Shown here piece after piece: positions 1 through 13,736 of a stretch of 64,000 bases of DNA; positions within the stretch are counted from its first letter, which is position 1, and every line of letters starts with the position of its first letter. The stretch is from Macrostomum lignano (Eukaryota), in assembly GCA_002269645.1 (NCBI GenBank), contig NIVC01000172.1, positions 272,558-336,557 of the forward strand. The letters are read 5' to 3'. The notes under the pieces were generated by a model, which saw only the letters and a program-made list of their open reading frames with translations, had not been told where the DNA came from and ran no database searches. A program made the position numbers and the translations under genes.

Positions 1-775
1 GTCTGTCCAGTGTTCTATCAGTCTGTCCAGTGTTCTATCAGACTGTCCAGTGTTCTATCAGTCTGTCCAGTGTTCTATCAGACTGTCCAGTGTTCTATCA
101 GTCTGGTCCAGTGTTCTATCAGTCTGTCCAGTGTTCTATCAGTCTGTCCAGTGTTCTATCAGTCTGTCCAGTGTTCTATCAGTCTGTCCAGTGTTTTATC
201 AGTCTGTCCTGTGTTCTATCAGTCTGTCCAGTGTTCTATCAGACTGTCCAGTGTTCTATCAGTCTGTCCAGTGTTCTATCAGACTGTCCAGTGTTCTATC
301 AGTCTGTCCAGTGTTCTATCAGTCTGTCCAGTGTTCTATCAGTCTGTCCAGTGTTCTATCAGACTGTCCAGTGTTCTATCAGTCTGTCCAGTGTTCTATC
401 AGTCTGTCCAGTGTTCTATCAGTCTGTCCAGTGTTCTATCAATCTGCCCAGTGTTCTATCAGTCTGTCCAGTGTTCTATCAGACTGTCCAGTGTTCTATC
501 AGTCTGTCCAGTGTTCTATCAGACTGTCCAGTGTTCTATCAGTCTGTCCAGTGTTCTATCAGTCTGTCCAGTGTTCTATCAGTCTGTCCAGTGTTCTATC
601 AGACTGTCCAGTGTTCTATCAGTCTGTCCAGTGTTCTATCAGTCTGTCCAGTGTTCTATCAGTCTGTCCAGTGTTCTATCAATCTGCCCAGTGTTCTATC
701 AGTCTGTCCAGTGTTCTATCAGTCTGTCCAGTGTTCTATCAGTCTGTCCAGTGTTTTATCAGTCTGTCCAGTGTT
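1..775. repeat. 20-bp minisatellite (GTCTGTCCAGTGTTCTATCA)n, cut by the window start
   Basis: Direct 20-bp periodicity; bases 241-480 are repeated at 481-720 with the same variants (240-bp higher-order unit). Confidence 0.97.
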
Positions 776-1186
776 CCAGAAAGGAATTCTGAGCTCAGTT
801 TCATTCCTATCCAAGCCACTATTTATTTATTTATTTATAACTAAATCTGAAGTCCGCACTCGCAGCAACCCGTTTCTTCTCTTTCATTTTAAAGCAGAGA
901 AAAGTGAAAGTAAGTTTAAGAGCACTTCATCTCATACAGGCCGCTAGAGAGCCACACAGAGCGTGAAATTGCATTGCCAATAATAATATATGCGGTCTTG
1001 TGCTGCTGTTTTATCTTAGTGAACCTTCCGCAAGGGCAAGCAATGTGGGCAGAGACGAGAAAGTGCAGTATAACAAGAGTAGGCAATCGTTTTAGTAGTA
1101 AATGTGCTAATTTGTATTGAAATTCGTTGTCCTTGATCTAACAAGAAACTCTGCTGCGAGTCAAAGAAAGAAAACTGCACATCTGA

Positions 1187-1800
1187 TGGAGGGGAGAGGG
1201 AGAGGAGAGACTGGAGAAAGGGGGAAAGGGGGAGAGAGGGGAGAGAGGGAGAGGAGAGGGTGAGAGGGAGAGGAGAGGGAGAGAGGGAGAGAGGGAGAGA
1301 GGGAGAGGAGAGGGAGAGAGGGAGATGAGAAGGAGAGAGGGAGAGAGGGGAGAGAGGGAGAGGAGAGGGAGAGAGGGAGAGGAGAGAGAGAGAGGGAGAG
1401 AGGGAGAGAGAGGGAGAAGAGAGGGAGAGAGGGAGAGAGGGGAGAGAGGGAGAGGAGAGGGAGAGAGGGAGAGAGGGGAGAGAGGGAGAGGAGAGGAAGA
1501 GAGGGAGAGAGGGGAGAGAGGGAGAGGAGAGGGAGAGAGGGAGAGAGGGGAGAGAGGGAGAGAGGGGAGAGAGGGAGAGAGGGAGAGAGGGGAGAGAGGG
1601 AGAGAGGAGAGAGGGGAGAGAGGAAAAAGAAGGGAGAGGGAGGAGAGGGAGAGAGGGAGAGAGGGGAGAGAGGGAGAGGAGAGGGAGAGAGGGAGAGAGG
1701 GGAGAGAGGAAAAAGAAGGGAGAGGGAGGAGAGGGAGAGGAGAGAGGACGGAGACAGGGAATAGAAGGGAGAGGGGAGAGGAGAGGGGAGGGGTGGGAGA
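1187..1800. repeat. Degenerate polypurine (GA/GGAGA) low-complexity tract
   Basis: Almost pure A/G on the + strand for about 600 bp. Confidence 0.95.
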
Positions 1801-2454
1801 GAGTGGAATAAAGGTTACAGAGAAGAGTAGGGGAAGCAGAGATCCAATTAACCTGAGAAACAGTTTTATTTAGCAAAGAAGTCAGAACAGACAGCTATAT
1901 TAAGCACATCATCAGCTGGTGCATTTTCATAAGCTTATTTAGTTCTTACAAAAAAGCAACAAGAGCCTTAGGTCCCCTAGATAAATATTTAGCAAAAACT
2001 ACTTATGTAAATAAGAGAAGCCTAAACCTAAGCCGCAGACTTGGGGATTGCGGTGGTTTGTTGTCCATGTTCTCTGCTGCTAAAGCGGATTAGGCATTTT
2101 CTAAGCCAGGGGTCATGGTTACTGCGTGTGCTCATCCCCTCCTCAACCCCCCGACTGTCTCAGCCAGCCCCCGACTCGCTTTCACTGCCAGCCTGGCAGC
2201 TGTGTGTTCCAGCTCCCGTCTGGACCAGCGAGCAACAGTGATTGAGTCAGCACAGCCGGATGAAATACATTTTGCCGATTGCAATATTTAATAGGGATTC
2301 AGTCACCTATGAGACGAAGCTCAAGATTCTGGTCAGCAAAATTCTTAGCAAGGCTAAAGTTCAGAGAAAGTTTAGGGCTGCTGTACACCCTTTGTGAGCG
2401 TGTGCCTCTACAAACAAACTAATTCGAGAGAGAAAACTGATTGCCTGCCGATAT

Positions 2455-2675
2455 GTAGCGGTATGTTGCTGTAGCAAAAATACCTACATGTAGCATAAAG
2501 CATTGTGTTCATTTTGTAGTAGCAAAAAATACCGACATGTAGCGTAAAGAATTTTGTTGTAGCAAAAAATACCGATATGTAGCGTAAAGCACTTTGTTGT
2601 AGCAAAAATACCGATATGTAGCGGAAAGCACTTTGTTGTAGCAAAAAATACCGATATGTAGCGGAAAGCACTTTA
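2455..2675. repeat. Short degenerate tandem repeat, about 39-bp unit (GTAGCAAAAAATACCGATATGTAGCG...)
   Basis: About 5 imperfect copies. Confidence 0.8.
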
Positions 2676-3139
2676 CGCAAAGCAAAAAATCGTCATTAAG
2701 GTCTTTTGAAATCATTGTTAAAATAGTGAAAAAACTGTCAGGAAAAAAGGCTGTTTTGGGATGGCGCGTTGAGGTAGGCGGAGCCGCAGCCGCCAGCCCT
2801 GACTCGCGACAGCGCAATTTCCTGCAGCCGACCCCTCTTGCCTCTAGAAGAAGCAAAAAAGCGACAAATTTCTTGGCACTGCTTTGCTCGCGCCTGGCGC
2901 GTACCTCAAGCTTTTCTTTTCTTTAGGCCGACACCGGGGCACCTCCGGAGCTATTCAAGTTCCTCAATTCAAAGAGAGGCACCGCGCTCCCTCGCATCTT
3001 GAGAGTCAAGAAGCTTCTACCCTGGCCATGCCCTGATTTAAAAAGGGCCTCACCTTAGCTACCAACACGGCCTCTCGTCTGCCCAAAAAGAATTACATGC
3101 ACAAGCGATGAGAAATTTTTATTGCCTTTTATAGGGAGA

Positions 3140-3986
3140 GGGGAAGGAGAGATGAGGGAGAGATGAGGGAGAGATGAGGGAGAGATGAGGGAGAGATGAG
3201 GGAGAGATGAGGGAGAGATGAGGGAGAGATGAGGGAGAGATGAGGGAGAGATGAGGGAAAGATGAGGGAGAGATGAGGGAGAGAGGAGGGAAAGATGAGG
3301 GAGAGATGAGAGAGAAATGAGGGAGAGAGGAGGGAAAGATGAGGGAGAGATGAGGGAGAGATGAGGGAGAGATGAGGGAGAGATGAGGGAGAGATGAGGG
3401 AGAGATGAGGGACAGATGAGGGAGAGATGAGGGAGAGATAAGGGAGAAATGAGGGAGAGATGAGGAAGAGACGAGGGAGAGCTGAGGGAGAGCTGAGGGA
3501 GAGATGAGGGAGAGATGAGGGACAGATGAGGGACAGATGAGGGAGAGATGAGGGAGAGATGAGAGAGAAATGAGGGAGAGAGGAGGGAAAGATGAGGGAG
3601 AGATGAGGGAGAGATGAGGGAGAGATGAGGGAGAGATGAGGGAGAGATGAGGGAGAGATGAGGGACAGATGAGGGACAGATGAGGGAGAGATGAGGGAGA
3701 GATGAGAGAGAAATGAGGGAGAGAGGAGGGAAAGATGAGGGAGAGATGAGGGAGAGATGAGGGAGAGATGAGGGAGAGATGAGGGAAAGATGAGGGAGAG
3801 ATGAGGGAGAGATGAGGGAGAGATGAGGGAGAGATGAGGGAGAGATGAGGGAGAGATGAGGGAGAGATGAGGGAGAGATGAGGGAGAGATGAGGGAGAGA
3901 TGAGGGAGAGATGAGGGAGAGATGAGGGAGAGATGAGGGAGAGATGAGGGAGAGATGAGGGAGAGATGAGGGAGAGATGAGGGAGA
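3140..3986. repeat. 11-bp minisatellite (GAGGGAGAGAT)n
   Basis: Direct periodicity, about 75 copies. Confidence 0.97.
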
Positions 3987-6569
3987 TAGAAGCCGGGCGA
4001 GAAAAGAAGAAAAGAGAAGGGTGTGAAAAGGATTGGAACGGGATGGCAGCGCCCAGTTCCATAATGCATGGAATCAGCAGCTCCATCTCCATAAATATTC
4101 AAAGCAGCAGACAGATGGAAAGTTCCATCAGAAAGCAGCCGGTTTCCATTCTCTCATCGCATCTCCTCGACACCATAAAAATATGGCCCCTGATTTCTCA
4201 GCAATATCAATTTGTCAGCCAACATTAATAGATAATTTATGGAGCTGGTACAGAAATTTCATTTTTTCTTGGCCGGGCTGAGATGTGGCCCGCATGAGGC
4301 AGAGGTTGGTAATTCAACGCTTTTAATATATTACACGCCTTAATGGGGGCGCATTTTGGCAGGCTGGCAGGTAATAAAACAAAAACACGAAGAGACTATC
4401 AGATCTCTTTTGGGACAGCTGGGGATTCAACCGAAATCCCAACGGGATGAGGAGCTGCTGCAAGAGATACATGGAGGGTTTGGTTGTACCTCATGTCTGA
4501 CAAGGGGTGCATGGGCGAGTGCGCCAACCATTCATTCCCACCTGCCTGTGTTCCAGTTGCTCAGACTTAATGGGGACACTGCCGCCGATGCCCCCTAATT
4601 AATAATTCAGTAAGCCGACCGACCGCGCCAGTTGATGAAGGAAAGGCAAAGGAGGCTGCGAGTCCCCAAGGCCAGCTCAAAGATTTTTAGCTACCAGAAA
4701 AAAAGAAGATATTAAATGCGAACAGAAACCTACGCGAGAGCATTTGTTTCATTGCTATCCTTCTCCTTGAATAACTGCATCTTGGAAGCCCGAGAACTCT
4801 GAGCTCTGCTTGCTCGGGCCCGGATGCGGCGCTAAAAGTCTTCCTGCAGCGGCATTGATCGCCGGGCTGCCTGCTCACCAACGCCCACCACCCCAACGCC
4901 GTGCACCTCAATGCCTGGCTTGGGCGATCATTATTGCCACGCGGTATGAACTTCCTTCTATCAATCTTGATCATCTGTTCTTGTAGTTTTTACTCCTCTT
5001 CCAATTCCACCGATAGTTGTAGGCTGGGTGCACATCTGGGAGAGTAGGGGTTTCATATCAGCAGATGTCAGAAGCAATCTGTAGTGGGAAATGTTGTCGA
5101 TCGCCCCCCCCCCCTGGCTCTCAAGTTCTACAATAGTCGATCTGACGTGTTTGGCGCCTCTTCCTGCAGCAAACGAGTTGTTTATCTTCGATTGCTAATC
5201 AAATCACTTGACAGAAGGCGAAAAATTCTACCGAAATAGCTCTCGTTAATTAGGCATTGGCAACAAACGGAAATGTGTTTGTCCCGAGCCACTTACTGCA
5301 CACTTCATTCCCATCAGTCGGAGCAATCCTGCATCCTACTACATCCTGGCTAATTTCCCACGTGCGCTGAAGGGCCCAACTTCTCCCAAGACATCCCCCC
5401 TCCTTCCAAGGTGAAACGCTTAGCAAATGCTCGACATCTTTCTCACCCTTCAGGCAAAAGCCCGCGCGCACTATTCAACTGCTGCTCAACTGTCAGGCGT
5501 CCTCATGGAAAGTGTCGACACTGGGCCAACACACGGATGTGTTGACTCTGCGCGGTCGAGCAGCCCAGAGCTGTGTGCATTATCGACGACAATCGTCAAT
5601 CAGACGCTGGATTGACGAGGCGCGCGATGCGGTTTCACCGCGACGCTTCCTTAGACCAGAAATGAGTACAAAGACGTAACGATCTAGTTGGTCTGTTTGC
5701 AGCCCATGTACAATCGCGTTCCGTGATCAGTAGAACCTTTCAGTAAAACGAAGTACTTGACTTTTCCAGATCTCATCTGGAACTCATGGCATTCGCACTT
5801 CTGGTCTTTCTTTCCGACCGATAAGCTTTTTTATTTTGCTTCCCTTCTCTCATCTTTCGCAGTGCCTTCGCTCTCTTCCGTTGCAATTCCACGCGTCCAA
5901 AAACCGGGTTCTCCCCTCAGCCCTCAAGGAGGCCAAAATATAGGAAAGAATTATGAGGCAAGATAAAATTTTGTGCAAGACGTTTAGGACCCGATTTGGG
6001 ACAGGCGCCAGGGCGGGAAAGAGTAGTGGGTAAGAGGGAGCGCACACCGATGCTGGAAACTATACGCCAAAGAGCAGGAAAAATATTCAGATGCAGTTTT
6101 TGTCCGAGAAAAAGTGTTGCCTTCTCTGAGACAGGGAGTTTTTCGTCCAAAGTGCGTGAATAAAAGTTATCGTTTTTAAAAGGTGCGCTTCTGTCTTAGA
6201 CTCACCTGCTCCGATGGACACCTCGGTGGCACTCTTTGACCTGATGGACGACAGTCCAAGATCTGGCAGGAGATTCAGAAGAAGATTTGATACCAGTAGA
6301 GCTGCTGCAGTCAAGACGATCAGCTTTGTCTGCAGAGAGTCAGGGGGGCTTGCGCGCTGAGGATTGTAGTGAGCGAGAGACAAACCAGTCCGGTTTAGTC
6401 CAGAAAACAAACAAATTCAGACCCTCCCACGAAGGCTGGAATTACTTTTATATTTAATCGATAACGCATGTACATATAAAATCAGAGCGCGCATGTACAT
6501 CGCATTCCCTTACCCCCAATCACTAACTAGCAGAACGAGCCAGTGAGTAAACTCACTTTACAACAAGGA

Positions 6570-6735
6570 TCTGGGAGGGCGGCTCAGCAACTGAGGATCT
6601 GGGAGGCTGCATGGCCAGCAGCTGAGGATCTGGGAGGCTGCATGGCCAGCAGCTGAGGATCTGGGAGGTTGCATGGCTCAGCAGCTGAGGATCTGGGAGG
6701 TTGCATGGCTCAGCAACTGAGGATCTGGGAGGATG
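6570..6735. repeat. 31-32-bp minisatellite (CTGAGGATCTGGGAGGCTGCATGGCCAGCAG)
   Basis: About 5 copies; CTGAGGATCTGGGAGG recurs at 6591, 6622, 6653, 6685, 6717. Confidence 0.9.
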
Positions 6736-7501
6736 GCCCAGCCTGAATCGACGCGAACTTAAAAAAGTATGGCGTCTGTGCCTGATCTTTTATGTAATTT
6801 TATTTATATCTCACTGCCGCAACAAAAAACGGTTGCATTCTTATTGCTATCTAAACGCCACCCCCCTCAAAAAGCTTCATGAGATTCGATTCTGCCTGCC
6901 CCATCTACTTTGTTCTCCAGGCCTCTTTGGGGAAGCAACGCCTCGGTGAACCTGGGAAAAAGGGAACAAAAGCAAATTAGGGAAAGTGTTCAGAGCTCAT
7001 AGGGGGCTGCTGGTGGCCCACAGGCTTCTTGTCTCTAGCAGAGGATGCAGCTCTTCCGCATCAAGAGAAACAGACAGACGGGCAGGCGACAGGGACCGGC
7101 CCTGTGCCATCGATCGGTGCGTCACAAAGCAAGCGGAAAAACTGGCTGCTGGTGGAGTAAACACGAGCTGGCTGCTATCAATTTACTTTTTTCTCTGTCT
7201 TCAGCCCAGATTAGCGGCTATGAACCAAATCTCGGGGTGTCCGGTTCGGGCAATGATGTCCAGCCTTCACTATATGATCTGTCACGGATTTGGGATTAAA
7301 ATCCCATAGCTACGAGTACTTGGCTAGCTACCGGTGTAGCTTTCATTCAAGGTATGGGGCGACATCATCTTACAGCGATTAGGGTCAAATTTCACTTTCG
7401 CTGTAGGGATTTAGGGACGCTGTAGGCAGTCGATCAGGGAGGGACTACAGAGCTCCCGCACAATGCTTCCAAACACGTACAGCAGGCATGCTGTAAAACC
7501 G

Positions 7502-8320
7502 CCTGACATCCGCTAAGAGTGACGCTTGCTAACCTGACATCCGCTAAGAGTGACGCTTGCTAGCCTGACATCCGCTAAGAGTGACGCTTGCTAGCCTGAC
7601 ATCCGCTAAGAGTGACACTTGCCACAGTTGCCAGCCTGATATCCGCTAAGAGTGACGCTTGTTAGCCTGACATCCGCTAAGAGTGACGCTTGCTAGCCTG
7701 ACATCCGCTAAGAGTGACGCTTGCTAGCCTGACATCCGCTAAGAGTGACACTTGCCACAGTTGCCAGCCTGATATCCGCTAAGAGTGACGCTTGTTAGCC
7801 TGACATCCGCTAAGAGTGACACTTGCTAACCTGACATCCGCTAAGAGTGACGCTTGTTAGCCTGACATCCGCTAAGAGTGACGCTTGCTAGCCTGACATC
7901 CGCTAAGAGTGACGCTTGCTAACCTGACATCCGCTAAGAGTGACGCTTGTTAGCCTGACATCCGCTAGAGTGACGCTTGCCACAGTTGCCAGCCTGATAT
8001 CCGCTAAGAGTGACGCTTGTTAGCCTGACATCCGCTAAGAGTGACACTTGCTAACCTGACATCCGCTAAGAGTGACGCTTGTTAGCCTGACATCCGCTAA
8101 GAGTGACGCTTGCTAGCCTGACATCCGCTAAGAGTGACGCTTGCTAACCTGACATCCGCTAAGAGTGACGCTTGTTAGCCTGACATCCGCTAGAGTGACG
8201 CTTGCTAACCTGACATCCGCTAAGAGTGACGCTTGCTAACCTGACATCCGCTAAGAGTGACGCTTGCTAGCCTGAAATCCGCTAAGAGTGACGCTTGACA
8301 GCCTGACATCACAACTAGCG
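7502..8320. repeat. 31-bp minisatellite (CCTGACATCCGCTAAGAGTGACGCTTGCTAG) with a recurrent 40-bp variant
   Basis: About 25 copies; a variant carrying GCCACAGTTGCCA recurs three times. Confidence 0.96.
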
Positions 8321-9004
8321 AATACCAGGTCAGCAGTCCGGGATCTCCCCATTATTAAACGTACCATTAGTCTAACAGAATAAACTTCCAGTAGAAACCT
8401 TACCTTGGTCGGCCGGCCAGGTCTCAGGGAAACGCAGACAATACGCGATATAATAAATCGTTGCATATTCATTAGCTTGGAAACAGAACTTCTAGGACTT
8501 GATGGATTGTCTGGTGACAGACGGACCTACGAAGACAAAATTTATACATGCGTAAAGCTGCCCCCATCCCCCTATTAGATCCCATGGGCCTGCGCCAGCG
8601 ATACAGCAGTGACCAATGGGATGTTAGAGTGGCCCGATCTCATTGGCTGAAAGACGCAGTCCTCCCATGTGTGACCCTTGGTAGGTGAAACCAGTTTTCT
8701 GCCTGTCCAAAAGCCTGGGGCATCAACGAACGAGGCTGGGCTCCGTCATCATTTTTTGCAACAACGCATTTGGATTTTATAAAAGCTAAAAAAACTATTG
8801 GACTGACAAAATAAGTGTTAGAATCATTACAAAATCCCATTTAGCTACGTCTCACTCAGCCCCAGTGGGATAATACGAGCATACATAGGCGGAAAATGGG
8901 GGATCCTGTAGTGTGTATGTCGACTCAAAATTTCTTCTATCTACTACTACTAATACTACTACTACTACAATATTCTCATACTATACCCATACTCATACTA
9001 CTAT

Positions 9005-9330
9005 TATATTCTTGGAATGTGTACACAGCTATACTCCTGGAATGTGTACACAGCTATATTCTTGGAATGTGTACACAGCTATATTCTTGGAATGCGTACC
9101 CAGCTATATTCTTGGAATGTGTACACAGCTATATTCTTGGAATGCGTACCCAGCTATATTCTTGGAATGTGTACACAGCTATATTCTTGGAATGTGTACA
9201 CAGCTATATTCTTGGAATGTGTACACAGCTATATTCTTGGAATGTGTACCCAGCTATATTCTGGAATGTGTACACAGCTATATTCTTGGAATGTGTACAC
9301 AGCTATATTCTTGGAATGCGTACCCAGCTA
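9005..9330. repeat. 25-bp minisatellite (ATATTCTTGGAATGTGTACACAGCT)
   Basis: About 13 copies. Confidence 0.95.
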
Positions 9331-10539
9331 GATTAAAATCGACGAGAGCATTGAAAACGGTTGACATATATCAAGGACACTGATTGAAACTGTTTCTCTT
9401 TTCAGCGCACAGGGTTGTACACGATAATACGAGCTAGCAGATGAGAGTTCAGATCAGTAGTATAAGGATTTACAAAGTTAAACGCAGACCACACAAGGCC
9501 AGTGTAAATAGTGTGTAAGTAACAGTGTAGAGAGCACGAGATCAGTACACAAGGCAATCATGCCTGTCCGGATCAAACAAGCGCAGTGTCGAGGTGTGAC
9601 ACGAGATTGCAAGAAAGTTTTCGGTTGTACTCTGTCAGCCGCCGTTCACCCATACATAAGATTAAGATGTTGGATCATCTCTATAGATTTTTCATAGAAT
9701 TTTTTACGGTGAAGGCGGCAAACAAGCCGCTTCTTTGAAAGTCAATTGAAGCTTGCTAGTTTTCTAAGAAATACACTGCGTTGAAATTGCTCTCGAATAA
9801 CAATAGAACAGGACGCTAGCGTAGGGAGTCGCGCATTGTTGTTTCATCTTGAAAGATTCAAGAGGCACGCATAGAACGGGCAGGCTGCTTCGACCTTGTT
9901 GAGTTGAGACACGACAAAGCATTTTGCTTGCTGTTCACAAATCATCGTTGAATCACGGCACGCTGGTTGGTTGCAAGAAAGGCACGCGGATACGTTCATT
10001 GATCGAATGAAGCTCTTAGCGGGTCACTTGTAATCTCGAAAATATTGTTGATAGGTCTCTAGCTTTATTTGTTACTTTCACTTTACGAGTAGTAAGCAGA
10101 TAATCTGAAGCGTAATTTTTGTGTAAAAATATTAACACTATTACAGATTATTGAGTCACAGTTGCGCGCGCTTGTACGTAAGCTATCACCCTTAAAATGC
10201 TAGAGTAAGCACTTCTCAAAGTTTCACCAACTGCACTCAATCTATTGGAATTGACAAACCGCGCAACTTCACACCACGTCCGGCTTTCGAGACCAAACAC
10301 ATTCACCTTTCACTGTCATGGTTTTTCGGTGGTGCAATGAGTGCAAGTGTGGCCGACGCAGCCTTGATGACGAGGCAGCTCCATGCGACTTCACATGGGT
10401 GCCTCACAACCTCACCGAGGATCGAAAATCGGAAAGTGCGCCGGTGCGAGTTCAAGCCCAAGAGACATTAAGCGACATTGTCACGCAACCGGCGAGAGAC
10501 ATTACTGCCCATTCCGCCGACTCACCTGAGCAGGCACAC

Positions 10540-10774
10540 AAGCGTGCGGATACAGACACACAGGAGTTTACAGCGGTCCTGACTTTATTTATCGTTAGGC
10601 ATGTACACTTCACTGTAGTGCTTTGGGGGTTGGCCCTCAATGGCCTTAATTGCACAAGAAGACCAAAGCCGTGATTCCAATTTAGCTCCAAAACTAATGT
10701 GACTGCACTTGGAATCGAGCCTGGTCCGCTGGCACATCAAAGCGCCGCGCCGTAGACCACTGGGCTACGGCGCC
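10540..10774 (-). mobile_element. tRNA-derived SINE-like element (pseudo-tRNA head plus body)
   Basis: Minus strand 10774-10701 reads GGCGCCG TAGCCCAGTGG TCTACGGCGCGGCGCTTTGATGTGCCAGCGGACCA GGCTCGATTCC AAGTGCAGTCA, with Pol III A-box and B-box but a mispaired acceptor stem. The body (10545-10635) has a second diverged copy at about 27665-27765. Confidence 0.65.
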
Positions 10775-11394
10775 TCCAGGCTGGAGCCTGCACGCAGTGT
10801 AGTGTCAGCATGTGTTACGTATATTGTAAGCTGCATTTTTCTTGCGTCCCTCCCACCTCTTTTTTGATTCGTGTCTAAATCACAAAAATGTCTGTGCGCA
10901 GGTCGTATTGTGTAAAATTGCAAATACCATTGGCAGGATATACAATAGCTGGTATGATGTTTAATATTAGGCATGAAATTATACACATACTTGTCACATT
11001 ACAAGCAAGATAAAGCTTGCAGTGGAAACTGTATTTATGTAGCTATTTTTTTACTGAAATATGCTTATTTTTACGCAAAAAAGCATAAGACAAGACAAAA
11101 ATTAGAACAAAAAGCAAATTACACAAGTAACATAGATTTTCAAAATAGGATTATAAATAGTTGAAGCATAGATCAATAGACCAATGTTTATCATCCTTTA
11201 AAGATTGACAGTGAAGGTGGACAGAAAGCAGTTAAAAAAATCATTTTTGCTGGATTAAATATATAATCTCTCAGATAAAAACATGTAGTCAATATGCGTG
11301 TATTGATGAAGATTTCTGGTGCGACGTCAAATAAGCAATAATTTCACATAGAAACTTTTGTAACTTAATGAGAATGCCTGATAAAATAATAAGT

Positions 11395-11965
11395 TAACCA
11401 CTCCAACCTCACTTTACGTTCATTGACTGATAAGATAAGAGTTATCCATTTCAAACCTCACTCAACTTTCATTGGCTGATAAGATAAGAGTTATCCATTT
11501 CAAACCTCACTCGACTCTCATTGGCTGATAAGATAAGAGTTAACCATTCAAAACCCCACTCGACTCTCATTGGCTGATAAGATAAGAGTTAACCATTCAA
11601 AACCTCACTCGACTCTCATTGGCTGATAAGATAAGAGTTAACCATTCCAAACCTCACTCGACTCTCATTGGCTGATAAGATAAGAGTTAACCATTCCAAA
11701 CCTCACTCGACTCTCATTGGCTGATAAGATAAGAGTTAACCATTCCAAACCTCACTCGACTCTCATTGGCTGATAAGATAAGAGTTAACCATTCCAAACC
11801 TCACTCGACTCTCATAGGCTGATAAGATAAGAGTTAACCATTCCAAACCTCACTCGACTCTCATTGGCTGATAAGATAAGAGTTAACCATTCCAAACCTC
11901 ACTCGACTCTCATTGGCTGATAAGATAAGAGTTATCCATTCCAAGCCTTACTTAACTCTCATTGG
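11395..11965. repeat. 49-bp minisatellite (CCATTCCAAACCTCACTCGACTCTCATTGGCTGATAAGATAAGAGTTAA)
   Basis: About 11 copies ending about 80 bp downstream of the CHMP6 stop. Confidence 0.96.
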
Positions 11966-12046
11966 CCGATACAAATTTAACACCCAATCGAACAAAACGC
12001 TCAGGGGCCGTCGCCGGCAAGCAATAATCTTTCGGATACCCAGGCC

Positions 12047-12688
12047 TCAACTTGCTGGCACAGCTTCGCGTTTCTTGGCTTCAGATCGCGGTTTCTGCTT
12101 CTGACCGGCGGCGACATCTTCGGCTTGGTCGGGCAGCTGGTCAGTTGGCACGCTGGGCAGCTTGGCCGTCTCAGTCTCAGTCTGAGCCAGAAGAGCGTCC
12201 AGCTCAGCCTCGCATTCGTTCTCGTCATCCTCGGTGAGTTTCCCACCGGAGAGCAGGGCGTCAACCTGTCGCTGATACTCAACAGCCTCCTGAGTCTCGT
12301 CGAGTACGGCCTCGACTCGCTCCAGACTCAGGAAGGCGTTCAACTCTTTCAGCGCCTTGTTGCCAGCCTCCAGTCCGGCAACCACCTGACTCTGCACCTG
12401 AGCGAACTCGATATCCTGCACCAGCCGTTCCAGATTGTCCAACTGTTGATCGGCTTTCTCTAGCAGAGTCTCCTGGCGTTTCTTCTTTCTTAGAAGAAGC
12501 AACGCTTTGTCTTTGCGCCCGGCGTCCAGCAGTTGCTTAGCAGCGGCTTTGTCAGCCTTCATATGATTCTCAACTCGACGTTGATATTTTTTCAGCTCAT
12601 CGCGTTGATGCTTCAACTGCAGCACGGCGCGGTCCTGCTCCGTGACAGAGGCCGCCTTCGGCTGCTTCTTGCTAAATATGCTGCCCAT
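12047..12688 (-). CDS. CHMP6: Charged multivesicular body protein 6 / Vps20 (ESCRT-III, Snf7 family), intronless, 213 aa
   Basis: MGSIFS N-myristoylation start; VTEQDRAVLQLKHQRDELKKYQRR and KALLLLRKKKRQETLLEKADQQLDNLERLVQDIEFAQ match CHMP6/Vps20; acidic C-terminus with LPSVP MIM-like motif. Confidence 0.95.
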   Translation of the reverse strand: MGSIFSKKQPKAASVTEQDRAVLQLKHQRDELKKYQRRVENHMKADKAAAKQLLDAGRKDKALLLLRKKKRQETLLEKADQQLDNLERLVQDIEFAQVQSQVVAGLEAGNKALKELNAFLSLERVEAVLDETQEAVEYQRQVDALLSGGKLTEDDENECEAELDALLAQTETETAKLPSVPTDQLPDQAEDVAAGQKQKPRSEAKKREAVPAS

Positions 12689-12814
12689 GCAAGTAAATCG
12701 AGATAAAATACTCTTAAATACTGCCTTCAGTAGAATAGAGGCTAATGTAATCTAACTAATCCAGTGGTCTATTTAAAACTAATAATATCTGCCTCAAATC
12801 TGAAGCTATTTTGC

Positions 12815-13140
12815 CAACCAAGGACTCCTAAATAGTAGCAACTGGACGGAACATGGGTTATAAAGCCTAAGACTACAATATAGTAGCATCTGGAAAAGGC
12901 ATAGGTTATAAAGTCAAGGACTCCTAAATAGTAGCAAATGGCCGGGAAACGGGTAATAAAGCCTAAGAGTAAAATAGTAGCACCTTGATGAGAAATGGTA
13001 ATAAAGGCAACCAAGGACTACTAAATAGTAGCAAATGGCCGGGAAACGGGTAATAAAGCCTAAGAGTAAAATAGTAGCACCTTGATGAGAAATGGTAATA
13101 AAGGCAACCAAGGACTACTAAATAGTAGCAACTGGACGAG
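12815..13140. repeat. 97-bp tandem repeat (two about 48-bp subunits) just upstream of CHMP6
   Basis: CAAGGACT(C/A)CTAAATAGTAGCA recurs at 12915, 13012, 13109, plus a partial copy near 12819. Confidence 0.85.
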
Positions 13141-13736
13141 AATTAAGCAAAAAATACTACTAAAAAGTGGCATTTAACGGGTTTGTATTGAATGAAAATT
13201 AAAGGCCATTTAAAACTTCAACCTAGTCTAGGCTAAATAAACAAAAGCAAAGCAAAGAATCGAACACAACAGACAATTGAAGCGCAAAAAAAGAAAAACA
13301 ACAGGCATGCGTTCAGAGAAACCAGCCGCTATCATCTCTGCTTTATAAAGACTATTTTCGTGCGCCTGGTGGTAAACAGGTTTTTGACTGGCCAAGCTTT
13401 TATTTTCATAGCGTCAACGGTACCCAGGGGTGTGGTGGTCAGCTTTGCGAGATTATCAAGTTAATGAAAAGAAGGGGATTATATATCAATACAAGTTATT
13501 TATTAAACGAATTTTACACGGTAGACCGAAGGGGCAAGTTTAAAGATACGCTTTTTAGATCTGATAACAGGAAAAAACTAACGACTTTCCTTCCAGCGGA
13601 GACGCGATAACTACTTGTAGGTCATAGAATATACTCGTATACAGCTTTATTTAACTGTTTAGTTAAATTTAGTTAGTTTAGTATATCGAATATACAGCTT
13701 TAATTAACTGTTTGAATGCAATAATTTACTAAGTAC

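Noticed and set aside
4356-4598. Possible LTR integrase zinc-finger fragment (EELLQEIHGG)
   Set aside because: Only a few residues resemble the motif; no HHCC, DDE, RT or LTR evidence nearby.
10701-10774. Functional tRNA gene
   Set aside because: The acceptor and anticodon stems are mispaired and the sequence is joined to a dispersed body; treated as a SINE head.
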